Positions 19,969-29,142 of a DNA stretch of 32,000 nt are shown piece by piece; position 1 is the first letter of the stretch, and every line of letters starts with the position of its first letter. Made by a program: the position numbers and the translations under genes. The DNA is taken from assembly GCA_005191425.1 (NCBI GenBank), contig SUPR01000003.1, positions 30,001-62,000 on the forward strand, given 5' to 3'. Source of the stretch: Candidatus Helarchaeota ASGARD archaeon Hel_GB_B (GTDB lineage: Archaea; Asgardarchaeota; Lokiarchaeia; Helarchaeales; HEL-GB-B). The notes beneath the pieces are model-generated. The model did no database searches. It saw only the letters and a program-made list of their open reading frames with translations, and was not told where the DNA came from.

Positions 19969-21489
19969 TTAAATTTTTATTCTTCTTATAGCTTGCGTGA
20001 TTTTCTTTTTTTCAGTTAAATCTTTAAGATTTCTTTCGGAAATCTCCTTTTCTTTAAGGTGCATTACTATCTTATTTCTAAAGATGCGATTTAATTTTGG
20101 ATATTCCTTAATTACATTAATTTTTTCTTCAGGGTCGTTTTCTAAATCATACAATTCTTCATTCATAGTTTCTTCGTTTATAATATATTTCCATTTAGAA
20201 GTTCGATATGAAATTATCCTTTTAATGGATGGGTCGTGCAAATTTGAAAATCTTGTAATACCTTCTTTATGAAATGTTTCACTAAATACTCCTTTATGGA
20301 TTGGGTCATCTTGAATTTCCTGGTCGTAATAAATTAAGTCAGCAAAACTTTTTCCAGTGAAACTTGGCTCCGGAGGTAATCCTAACAATTTTAATATTGT
20401 AGGTGCAAGATCTCTCATATCTATGATATTTTTAATATCTTTTTGCTTTATTTTTTTAAGCTTTTTTAATTCATTACTAATGAAAATTAATGGAACTCTT
20501 AGTATTTCGTCATGTAATTGTGCATTATGCCCATATGCTCCTCTTTCATAGAATTCTTCTCCATGGTCTGCAGTGATAACTGTAAGCGTATTTTTTAACC
20601 AATTTCTATTTTTTCGATTTAATTTCTTAAAAAATCTCCTGATTTTTGCATCCGCATATCTAATTTCCGCATCATACAAATTTAATAACTTATCTGTCAT
20701 TTTATATTCGCGTAATATTTCCATATATTCAGGGTGTTCTCGTATATATTTTATTTCTTTTAATGTTAATTTGTCTGCTTTTATCTTTTTAAGAAATCTT
20801 TTATAAGGAAAATACGGATCATGGGGTTCCATTAAGTGAACCCATAAAAAATATGGTTTTTTCTGTCTATTTTCTCCCATATTGTATTTTTTTAACCATA
20901 CAAATGCTTTATGGAGTAGTATTTTTGCGTTTTCATAGTATTCTTTTCTCCCAATAAATTTCGTATAAAACGCAACTTGAAAATAATATTGAAACTTTTT
21001 GGGAATTTTTATACTTTGGAAAAAATTCATGATATTATTTAATAATGACCCTTTCGTCATAAACTTGCTTAATAAACTATTTTTAATTGTGCTATCGCTA
21101 TTAGTTAACATGGCATCATAAAATATATCAAATCCTCTATCATATCCATAAAATCTTGATAATAATGGCGTAGAGTGAATAGCAACTGTTATATATCCAC
21201 GACTCTGTAGAACTTCTGCTAATGTCGTCTTATTCTCAGGTAATGGTGAATATCCCCCTTGATGGAATGGATAAGTCGAAGTAAATATAGAAGAAAATGA
21301 TGGTGGAGTACAAGGACCATTTGAAATAACTTGTCGGAAAAAGAAACCCTTCCTAGCTAGTTTATCAAGATATGGTGTAGTCTTTTTTTCATAACCCATA
21401 ATACTTAGGTGATCTAACCTTAAGGCATCAATTGTAATTAATAACAAATTCATTTTTCGTTTATTCATTTTTTTACCCTTATCTTTCAT
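19969..21489 (-). CDS. Sulfatase-like hydrolase/transferase (AlkP superfamily) lacking the formylglycine motif
   Basis: LLITIDALR.DHL...GY, CTPPSFSSIFT, HLMEPHDPY, LYDAEI.Y.D, TADHGEEF.E.G..GH, LRVPL, ELYDL..DP.E..N. Confidence 0.9.
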   Translation of the reverse strand: MKDKGKKMNKRKMNLLLITIDALRLDHLSIMGYEKKTTPYLDKLARKGFFFRQVISNGPCTPPSFSSIFTSTYPFHQGGYSPLPENKTTLAEVLQSRGYITVAIHSTPLLSRFYGYDRGFDIFYDAMLTNSDSTIKNSLLSKFMTKGSLLNNIMNFFQSIKIPKKFQYYFQVAFYTKFIGRKEYYENAKILLHKAFVWLKKYNMGENRQKKPYFLWVHLMEPHDPYFPYKRFLKKIKADKLTLKEIKYIREHPEYMEILREYKMTDKLLNLYDAEIRYADAKIRRFFKKLNRKNRNWLKNTLTVITADHGEEFYERGAYGHNAQLHDEILRVPLIFISNELKKLKKIKQKDIKNIIDMRDLAPTILKLLGLPPEPSFTGKSFADLIYYDQEIQDDPIHKGVFSETFHKEGITRFSNLHDPSIKRIISYRTSKWKYIINEETMNEELYDLENDPEEKINVIKEYPKLNRIFRNKIVMHLKEKEISERNLKDLTEKKKITQAIRRIKI

Positions 21490-21688
21490 TGTGGTTTTCT
21501 GTTTTTGGTTTAAATTATTTCAATGATTAATCAATCAAATATTATAATTTTATGTCTATATAGAGTAAGAAAAATAATAATTTACTTGAATTTAAAGTTT
21601 ACATATCTCTATAATTATTTTTTTTTTAAATTGCAAATCTGCTCCTATCAAACGCAAAAAATTCTAAATAATATTTACTTTTTTTTAT

Positions 21689-22546
21689 TCAAATAAAATT
21701 AACTGGGACTCTATTCAAATCAAACCCAAGCAATTCTGGATTTATTCCTAAAGCTAATCCTAATAATTGTGTATAATAAAGTACTGGGATTTCATATTTT
21801 TCATTATATTTTTGTTCAACCTTCATTTGCATCACGTCTAATTGAACCGCGCAAAAAGGACAAATTGTAATAAAGCAGTCTGCACCGGCTTCTTTTGCAC
21901 CAATAAATTTATTGCGGACCATTTTTAAACTCAAATCTTCATTAATTCCCAAAATAGGCCCACCACAACATTGATCTTTAAATCTCCATTCTATTGGTTT
22001 TGCTCCGGTTATTATTGTTAAATTCTCAAGTATCTTAGGATTTTCCGGGTCATCTAAATTTGCAACATCTGATGGCCGTATTGCATGACATCCATAATGT
22101 ATTGCAACTTTTAAATTGTCCAATGGATTAACTATTTTATTTTTTATAAAATCAATACCAAGATCTGTATATAAAACTTCTATAAAGTGTTTTACCTTAA
22201 TTGTACCATTATATATTAAATTGGTCTCACTCAATATTTCATTAATTTCATTTTTTAAATTTGATTTTGAGTCAAGAATATGTTTTGAATCTTTAAGGGT
22301 AGAAAAGCAACCATTACACAAAGTTACTAAGTCCATATCATCTTTTTCAGCAAGAGCTAAATTATATGCTCCTAATGACAGCCATGTTTTAATATCTACA
22401 GATTTTATATTTACTGTTCCACAACAAACTGCGTTTTGTAATTCTATAAGTTCTATATTTAATGCTTTAGCTACCTGTCTTGCCGAAGCATCATAATTAT
22501 TCATTCTTGCAGGTATTGTACACCCTGTATAGTATAAATATCGCAT
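21689..22546 (-). CDS. hdrB: Heterodisulfide reductase subunit B
   Basis: YYTGC, CCG, TLCNGCF, HYGCH, CCGG and TICPFC (two CCG domains). ATG directly follows the hdrC stop. Confidence 0.95.
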   Translation of the reverse strand: MRYLYYTGCTIPARMNNYDASARQVAKALNIELIELQNAVCCGTVNIKSVDIKTWLSLGAYNLALAEKDDMDLVTLCNGCFSTLKDSKHILDSKSNLKNEINEILSETNLIYNGTIKVKHFIEVLYTDLGIDFIKNKIVNPLDNLKVAIHYGCHAIRPSDVANLDDPENPKILENLTIITGAKPIEWRFKDQCCGGPILGINEDLSLKMVRNKFIGAKEAGADCFITICPFCAVQLDVMQMKVEQKYNEKYEIPVLYYTQLLGLALGINPELLGFDLNRVPVNFI

Positions 22547-23092
22547 CTAATCTCCTTTATCATTAGATTTAAATAATTTCATTATTCCTATTTTATTAAA
22601 AATCTTCTTAATTGCATTTTTATCAAAAGGACTTACTTCTGGTAATCCTAAATCTTCTCTTTCTTCTTCTTGGAAATCAGTAACTTCAATAGCCCTTCCA
22701 TTTTCATAAATTGCTGCTGTGAATAACTTAATACTTTTCGGATATAATCCATGTGATGTAGCAATATTCTTTAAACCAAAAAAAATATCAGTAATTTTAA
22801 CATTCTGAGGGCATCGTTCTTGACAAATATAACATGTCAAACATAACCATATCGCATTACAATTAATTACTTTATTTATTAATGATAATGAAATCATCTG
22901 CATTATTTGATGTGGCATTAGATCAAAAGCATTAGAAATTGGACAAGAGGCAGTACATGTTGTACATTGAAAACAGTATTTTAAACTTTTAATATCAATA
23001 TCTGGTAATTTAAAAAGTTTCTCTTTAAATTCTAAATCTGTTGCGCCCAAATCAAATATTTCATTTGTTGTTATTTCAATATTTCTTACCAA
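22547..23092 (-). CDS. hdrC: Heterodisulfide reductase subunit C
   Basis: CFQCTTCTASCP and WLCLTCYICQERCPQ.V. TTG start. Confidence 0.95.
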   Translation of the reverse strand: MVRNIEITTNEIFDLGATDLEFKEKLFKLPDIDIKSLKYCFQCTTCTASCPISNAFDLMPHQIMQMISLSLINKVINCNAIWLCLTCYICQERCPQNVKITDIFFGLKNIATSHGLYPKSIKLFTAAIYENGRAIEVTDFQEEEREDLGLPEVSPFDKNAIKKIFNKIGIMKLFKSNDKGD

Positions 23093-23129
23093 TTTGATTC
23101 AAATCCCAAAAAATTTAGATTTATTTAGA
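22857..23129. repeat. Direct repeat copy 1 (~270 bp): intact 5' half of hdrC plus a remnant of the 3' end of the 747-aa ferredoxin gene
   Basis: 22890-22932 matches 24525-24567 at 42/43 nt. 23054-23078 is identical to 24687-24711. The remnant reads LNKSKFFGI* against the real LNKFEFLGS*. Confidence 0.92.
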
Positions 23130-23402
23130 ACAAAAACAAATAAATTAATGAATATTTGCAATATATCTATTTTTAAAGATTTACTGAAACTCCTAATCTT
23201 TACTAAATTTTTCTCGGAAACCATTATCCCGTTAATATAATTAATATTTGTTTTTAGATATCAATAGGATTTACTATTAATCATTTAATAAATTTATTAT
23301 ATTTATTATTTCTAACACCTTTATTTATAAATAATAGATAAATATTCAAAATTTCGATTAATACATTTGTAATATATCTATTTCCTCTTATAATAAAAAA
23401 AA

Positions 23403-23792
23403 TCAATATTTTTCAATTTTTAAGTTTTTTATTCTATTAAAGTGTTTAATATTTTTAGTTACCAAATCTAAATTATTTGACAAACAAATACCTGCAATGA
23501 ATAAATCTCTTATATCAATTAATTTTCCAGATTTTTTTAGAGATGCCAGAATAATGCTGGATTCCGTGGCAGCTTTCTCATTAAAATTAAAAATTTCTAG
23601 ATTTGATAGTAATTTTTTTACTTCATTGACATTATTTTCTTTATTTACTGATATATTTGCACCATATAATAATTCAAAAATATTAATAGCCGTTGTAGAT
23701 AAAGGCTCGTGTTCCAGTTCTTTCAATTTTTTTAAAGCTTCAATTTTTCCTCTCAAAAAATCGATTAACAGGTTTGTATCAAGACATTTCAT
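23403..23792 (-). CDS. vapC: VapC PIN-domain toxin
   Basis: CLDTNLLID, STTAINIFEL..G, RDLFIAGI and LVTKNIKHF.RI..L. Confidence 0.93.
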   Translation of the reverse strand: MKCLDTNLLIDFLRGKIEALKKLKELEHEPLSTTAINIFELLYGANISVNKENNVNEVKKLLSNLEIFNFNEKAATESSIILASLKKSGKLIDIRDLFIAGICLSNNLDLVTKNIKHFNRIKNLKIEKY

Positions 23793-23823
23793 TAATATCC
23801 CATATTAAAATTCATAAATACAA

Positions 23824-24042
23824 TTAAACATTTATTTTCCAACTATCCCATAAATTTTTAAGATCTTTTTCTATTTCAAGGTATTCGTCATCATTCATTT
23901 GAAATTTACCAAAACTTTCCATTATACGACCAAATCTTTTAGTTAATCTAAGAATAACATCTGAAAAGCTTTCATTTTTTAGTTTTTCTTTTAACAAAGC
24001 ATTGTATGCCTCTTCAGAAATAGTTATTGTTTTAGAACCCAT
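23824..24042 (-). CDS. vapB: VapB antitoxin (DUF217-type)
   Basis: KTITISEEAY..L...K...ESFSDVILRL, directly upstream of vapC. I chose the ATG at 24042 (MGSKTI); the track starts at 24063. Confidence 0.9.
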   Translation of the reverse strand: MGSKTITISEEAYNALLKEKLKNESFSDVILRLTKRFGRIMESFGKFQMNDDEYLEIEKDLKNLWDSWKINV

Positions 24043-24490
24043 ATGTATATATTTAAATAACATTTATTTATAAAATTTTTTCTGTTTAAATGTATGTTTA
24101 TGGATTGTTAAATGTTGTAGATAAACGAATACAACATAATTATTGTTAATAAGAGACTAAAAAGCAGCTTCAACAAATTTTAATTGATTTTCCATGGTAA
24201 TTATCCAATATTTGAATAAGCTTATAAATTATAGATATATTTATCCAATCATTTTATTTAATTTCAATGTATTTACTTAATTAAATGAATAAAAAATGAA
24301 TTTTAAGTTATATTTTCCTTTTTGAGATAATTGAACATAGTAATCAAAAACATTTTAAGAGCAATAAAGAGTTTAGACAAGGAAATTCTGTTATCAAAAA
24401 ATATATGGGCAAATGAAAAAATATGTTATTCAAGAAAATTAGTTTTTTTTAATCTTTAACACGACAAGGATCATGAACCTTCATATTAAA

Positions 24491-24725
24491 TTACAATTAA
24501 TAAACTTTATTTATTACTAATAGCGAAATCATCTGCATTATTTGATGCGGCATTAGATCAAAAGCATGAGAAAATGGAAAAAATATAGTATATATAGTGT
24601 ATTGAAAACAGTATTTTTTACTTTTAATATTAATACTTAGCAATTCAAAAGTTCATCTTTAAATTTTAAATCTATTGTGCCCGAATAAATATTTCATTTG
24701 TTGTTATTTCAGTATTTCTTATCAA
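24491..24725 (-). pseudogene. hdrC: Truncated, frameshifted hdrC copy
   Basis: Starts TTG ATA AGA AAT ACT GAA (MIRNTEITTNEIF), then frameshifts to a TAG. Downstream it reads YCFQYTIYTIFFPFSHAFDLMPHQIMQMIS, where hdrC has YCFQCTTCTASCPISNAFDLMPHQIMQMIS. Similarity ends after about 78 codons. Confidence 0.9.
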
Positions 24726-24762
24726 TTTGATTTAGCTCCCAAGAAATTCAAATTTATTTAGA
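24491..24762. repeat. Direct repeat copy 2 (~270 bp): true 3' end of the 747-aa gene plus a decayed hdrC 5' half
   Basis: Colinear with 22857-23129 at an offset of about 1633-1635 nt. Confidence 0.92.
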
Positions 24763-26975
24763 TACTCACTAACAATTTCTGGTAAATCCCAAACTTTTTT
24801 AAATTCAATTGCACCATTTGGGCATCGTTCTACGCATTTTTGGCAAGCAATACACTTTATTGGTGTTATATTAATAGTACCAAGTCCCAAAAAATTTTCA
24901 GGCAATTTTATTGGCTTGCTAGGTATTTTTAAAGCTATATTTTTTATTATATTAATAATCATTTTCTTGTTTATCGGTAATTCATCAAGTTCTTCTTTAG
25001 ATAATTTAAAAATCTCTTGAATATCCCACTCATTTACCAAGTTTAATGCTGATTCTGGGCAAACTTCTTCACAGCTTTTACATGCTATACATTTCTTAAT
25101 ATCCCAATATATTTTTCCAAAACCGACTATATATTGTTCATAATCAAATTCAGTTTCATATTTTATTTTTGGAATTTTTATTGGAATAAGATTTTCAATA
25201 TTGATATCAATTTCTTTTTTACCTAAATTTCTAGATATTGAATCAAAAGTTCTTAAAAGTCTGTGATAATCTTTAAGAATATTATTTAAATCTGTCCTAA
25301 TAACTTTATTTGAATTATATTTGATATTACTTAAATTAGTTAATTCTTCGTCTATTTTCAATAAAGTTTCAAAAACAATTTGAAAATTTTCCCCGTTAAT
25401 TTCGCTTATTTTCAACAAAAAGTCTAAATCATTTAAAATTACATATATATTATCAAATAATGTATCCAAAAATTTTTCTGCTTGGCTTAAAACATGTGGG
25501 ACATCATATATGAAATAATCTTTTTTTTCGTCAACAATATCTATTTGTTTATCATTTAACATAGTAAGAAGTAGCTCAATTATTTCTTTTTGCTCAATTT
25601 TTGTGATATTGGATAGATCAAAAGGTGTCATAGGGCCATAATTTTTTAAAGATACAATTATTAGAGCTTTATTGAATTCTGTTAATAAGTTTTGATCCAA
25701 AAAATTAGCCAAATTAAAATTATCTTCTGTATTTTCTGTCTGTAAGAATTGACCTTTTTCAAAAACCAATGGGATTTTTTTCATATTAAATAATTCAATT
25801 CCAGCTAAAACCCTCAAATTAAGTCTATTGACTTGTCCTTGCTTTTCAAATTCAATAATCTTATCATTAAATAATTGAATTTCATCATTTATTAATTTTA
25901 AATATTTTAAAATATTTTCTTCATTCATTATTTCCGAATTTTTTGAAATAATGTTTTTAATTTTATCTATTTTTATAAAAAAGTAATTTACTACTTGAAA
26001 TTCTCTTAATTTATTAAAATTCTTGCTTAAATCAATTATATTTTTTAGTATTTTACTTACAGGGGGTATATCACAAATTAATTTGTAGTTAATTGTATTA
26101 TCTTTTATAATAACATCCAATAATCTTCTATCCATTAATAAAAAAATAGCTTTTATTATTATATCACTTGATAAATTACTGATTTTAATCAAATCATCAA
26201 AATCAAATTCTATTTGGCTATTTAAAAGGAAGATAATTAATGATGCGACTAATTCTACCAGTAATGTATTTTGAATATACTTTACTGTTTCTGCTTCATT
26301 TATTTTTTTTGTTGTAAAAGCTTTTTTAATTTGTATAAACGAGAATGTCAATTTTTTATTTTTTAAAATTCCAATTAATTTATCATTTACATATTTAAAA
26401 AAAGAATTTATGACCTGTTCTTCAGGTATTAATTTTAGATTATTAAAATAAATAAATAAATTGCGTAATTCATCCATTGATCCAATATGTTGTAATTCTT
26501 TTAAATTTGGATTCGGTATTATCTTATTTATTATATTTTCTATATTATCTAAGTAATTATTAATCTTATTAAAAGTATTATTGATTAATTTTTCATCATA
26601 ACTCTTTTTTATTCTATATAGTTGTTCCTTTTTATCTCGAACTTTCAAATTTTGAATATCTTTAATTTTTTTAATATCAATTGATATTTCTTCAAATATA
26701 TTTAATAGATGTTTTTTTAAATTAAAATCTCTGACGTTATAAAGGATATTGTTAGAGTTAAGAAAAGATATTAAATCATTTTTTATGATGTTTTTTACTT
26801 TTTTTATTGAACCCTTAAATTCATTAAATTTACTAATAATTTCGTTAAATTCCTTCTTAATACCTGTATTTACATTAAAAGTTCTCTTTTTTATTGTTAA
26901 TAATTTTAATATTTGTTCTAAAAACTCCAATCTTTTTGATGGTATCTGAATATTTTCGATCAATAACCTACTCAC
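24732..26975 (-). CDS. 747-aa protein: long helical N-terminus, winged-helix-like middle and two C-terminal 4Fe-4S motifs
   Basis: CIACKSCEEVCP and CIACQKCVERCP near the C-terminus; LKNYGPMTPFDLSNITKIEQKEIIELL..M is HTH-like. GTG start overlaps the upstream gene by 8 nt. Confidence 0.85.
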   Translation of the reverse strand: MSRLLIENIQIPSKRLEFLEQILKLLTIKKRTFNVNTGIKKEFNEIISKFNEFKGSIKKVKNIIKNDLISFLNSNNILYNVRDFNLKKHLLNIFEEISIDIKKIKDIQNLKVRDKKEQLYRIKKSYDEKLINNTFNKINNYLDNIENIINKIIPNPNLKELQHIGSMDELRNLFIYFNNLKLIPEEQVINSFFKYVNDKLIGILKNKKLTFSFIQIKKAFTTKKINEAETVKYIQNTLLVELVASLIIFLLNSQIEFDFDDLIKISNLSSDIIIKAIFLLMDRRLLDVIIKDNTINYKLICDIPPVSKILKNIIDLSKNFNKLREFQVVNYFFIKIDKIKNIISKNSEIMNEENILKYLKLINDEIQLFNDKIIEFEKQGQVNRLNLRVLAGIELFNMKKIPLVFEKGQFLQTENTEDNFNLANFLDQNLLTEFNKALIIVSLKNYGPMTPFDLSNITKIEQKEIIELLLTMLNDKQIDIVDEKKDYFIYDVPHVLSQAEKFLDTLFDNIYVILNDLDFLLKISEINGENFQIVFETLLKIDEELTNLSNIKYNSNKVIRTDLNNILKDYHRLLRTFDSISRNLGKKEIDINIENLIPIKIPKIKYETEFDYEQYIVGFGKIYWDIKKCIACKSCEEVCPESALNLVNEWDIQEIFKLSKEELDELPINKKMIINIIKNIALKIPSKPIKLPENFLGLGTINITPIKCIACQKCVERCPNGAIEFKKVWDLPEIVSEYLNKFEFLGS

Positions 26976-29142
26976 TTTTTAATTTAAATTTTGGTAATTT
27001 ATCGAATTCATTTATTCTTTTTACAAAATCTTTAATTTTCAAGTATAATTTATTATTATCAGCTGCAAATGAAGTAAAGAATTCTATTCTATTTTTTTCC
27101 CAACCAATTGCCTCTAATATTTCCTTAGCAGCTTCTATTTGCATTTTTGCTTTAGAATTTCCATCAATATAATGGCATTTACCTTCATCACAAGCAATTA
27201 AAAAAACGCCATTAGCTCCTTCGTTAAAACATTTAAGAATATCTAATAATGACAATCTGCCACCACATGGTAAACGAATTAACCTGATATTATCTGAATA
27301 GCTTTTTCTTAATAATCCAAGCATATCTACCGAGGCATATGCACATTCATTACATACAAATCCTAGAATAATTGGTTTTTCAAATGTATGGGAATCTTTT
27401 AAAATAGATTCTATTTGAGCAAAAATCTCTTTGGGAGAATAATTATTTAATTTTGCTGCTCCAGTTGGGCAAACTGCATTACAAACTCCACATCCACGAC
27501 AAGAATATGGATCAATTAAAGCAAGGTATCTTACATCAGTTGAAGTTTCATTTTCCTTTTGTACCATATATGGGACTGAAAACGGGCATATCCTAACGCA
27601 TAGTTCACAGCCATTGCATAGTTCAGGATCTACAATCGTAAAATTCTGAGTATTAAAGATTTCAGGGAATTCAAATAATTTAATTATTTCCATCGACACT
27701 GAGTTTGCTTCTTTTAATGTTTCATCAATTAATTTAGGGCCCAAAACTGTTCCGCACGCAAAAATTCCATTTCGTGAAGTTTCAATATTATTTTGTTTTG
27801 GATATTTTCCTTGAATAAATCCTTTATTCCATGTTTTAATATTGATTTGATTTAATAACTTTATATTCTCCTTATTAGGGATAATTGCTGTGGATAAAAC
27901 AATTAAATCTGGATGAATTATTAAGACTTTTTGTAATAATGAGTCGTAAATTGTTACTGACAACTTATTCTGTATTTTTTCAATTTTTCCCAATTCTCCT
28001 CTTATAAAATTTATTCCTAAAGACCTGGCTTTTTGATAATCATATTCTGCTTTCCAAGGTGTCCTAATATCTATGTAAAGAATTGTAATTTCAAATTTTG
28101 GGAAATTGTTAAGAATTTCAATAGAATAATTAATAGCTGTTATACAACAATATTTACTACAATAATCATAATACTTTTTATTTCTTGAACCAACACATTG
28201 GACTATTAAAATTCGCTTTTTTAACTTGTTATCGCTAAATATTTTCATTAAATCTTTATCAGCATTATTTATATTATGATTTTTTAAAAAATTAAAAAAT
28301 TCTCCTAACTCAGATAAGGTAATTACATTTTTTTCTTCATCATATTTGTAAAAATCATTTAATTTTGGCCGAAAAATATCATGGCCCGTGGCTAATACTA
28401 GAACGGACGCATTTAATGTTTTTTCATTTAATTTATTATCGTGTTCTACGATTTTAACGGTATAATTCCCCAAATTTCCTATTATCCATTCAACATTCCA
28501 ATTAGTTAATATTCTAATTTTTTGAAAGTTTAATGATTTTACAATTTTTTCTATGAAATCTTTTCCTGATGTATTATATGGATGAATAAATGGTAATTTA
28601 TTGATAAATCCACCCAAGTAATTTTCTTTTTCTATAATTGTTATTTCATAACCAAGATCTTGTAAATTTTTTGCTATCTGTAATCCTGCTATTCCCCCCC
28701 CAATAATAACTAACTTCTTTTCTAATTCTTTGACCTCATTTGTTTTATATTCTTTAGTAAATAATTTATCAATGTGCGATTTTATTAATATTGTAGCCTT
28801 GTAAGTAGCTTTATTAGATTCATGAACCCAAGCACATTGTTCGCGTATATTTGCGACTTCAAATAAGATATTTTGTAGATTATATTTTTTTAACTCAAGC
28901 TTAAGTTTCATTTCTATTATCTGTGGTGTACAACCTCCAAATACAATACCTTTAATATTTTTTGTTTCCAAGATTTTAATTAGTTTTTGAAATCCTTCAG
29001 TTGAGCATAAATGGTCAAAAATATAGATGGAAGAGAGGGGAAATTCTTTTTTTAAATCAGATTCTATTAATTTAAAATTTAATTCCATTGTATTTCCGCA
29101 AGTACAAAGGCAAATTAAAACTTGATCTTGGTTAAGAAATAT
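26968..29142 (-). CDS. hdrA: HdrA-like flavoprotein fused to a C-terminal MvhD domain (QmoB-like architecture)
   Basis: N-terminal domain (GGCTP, ANIREQCAWVH), IIGGGIAG FAD site, VQCVGSR..YCSKYCC, GIFACG, ferredoxin CNGCELCVRICP / CRGCGVCNAVCP, and MvhD part FVCNECAY...RLPCGG...ACDEGKCHY. The first ATG is at 29088, but the conserved VLICLCTCG motif lies upstream in frame, so I extended the start to the ATA at 29142 (uncertain). Confidence 0.9.
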   Translation of the reverse strand: MFLNQDQVLICLCTCGNTMELNFKLIESDLKKEFPLSSIYIFDHLCSTEGFQKLIKILETKNIKGIVFGGCTPQIIEMKLKLELKKYNLQNILFEVANIREQCAWVHESNKATYKATILIKSHIDKLFTKEYKTNEVKELEKKLVIIGGGIAGLQIAKNLQDLGYEITIIEKENYLGGFINKLPFIHPYNTSGKDFIEKIVKSLNFQKIRILTNWNVEWIIGNLGNYTVKIVEHDNKLNEKTLNASVLVLATGHDIFRPKLNDFYKYDEEKNVITLSELGEFFNFLKNHNINNADKDLMKIFSDNKLKKRILIVQCVGSRNKKYYDYCSKYCCITAINYSIEILNNFPKFEITILYIDIRTPWKAEYDYQKARSLGINFIRGELGKIEKIQNKLSVTIYDSLLQKVLIIHPDLIVLSTAIIPNKENIKLLNQINIKTWNKGFIQGKYPKQNNIETSRNGIFACGTVLGPKLIDETLKEANSVSMEIIKLFEFPEIFNTQNFTIVDPELCNGCELCVRICPFSVPYMVQKENETSTDVRYLALIDPYSCRGCGVCNAVCPTGAAKLNNYSPKEIFAQIESILKDSHTFEKPIILGFVCNECAYASVDMLGLLRKSYSDNIRLIRLPCGGRLSLLDILKCFNEGANGVFLIACDEGKCHYIDGNSKAKMQIEAAKEILEAIGWEKNRIEFFTSFAADNNKLYLKIKDFVKRINEFDKLPKFKLKSE

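Noticed and set aside
23130-24490. IS element or transposon as carrier of vapBC
   Set aside because: No transposase, integrase or terminal inverted repeats were seen; only the long host-derived direct repeat.
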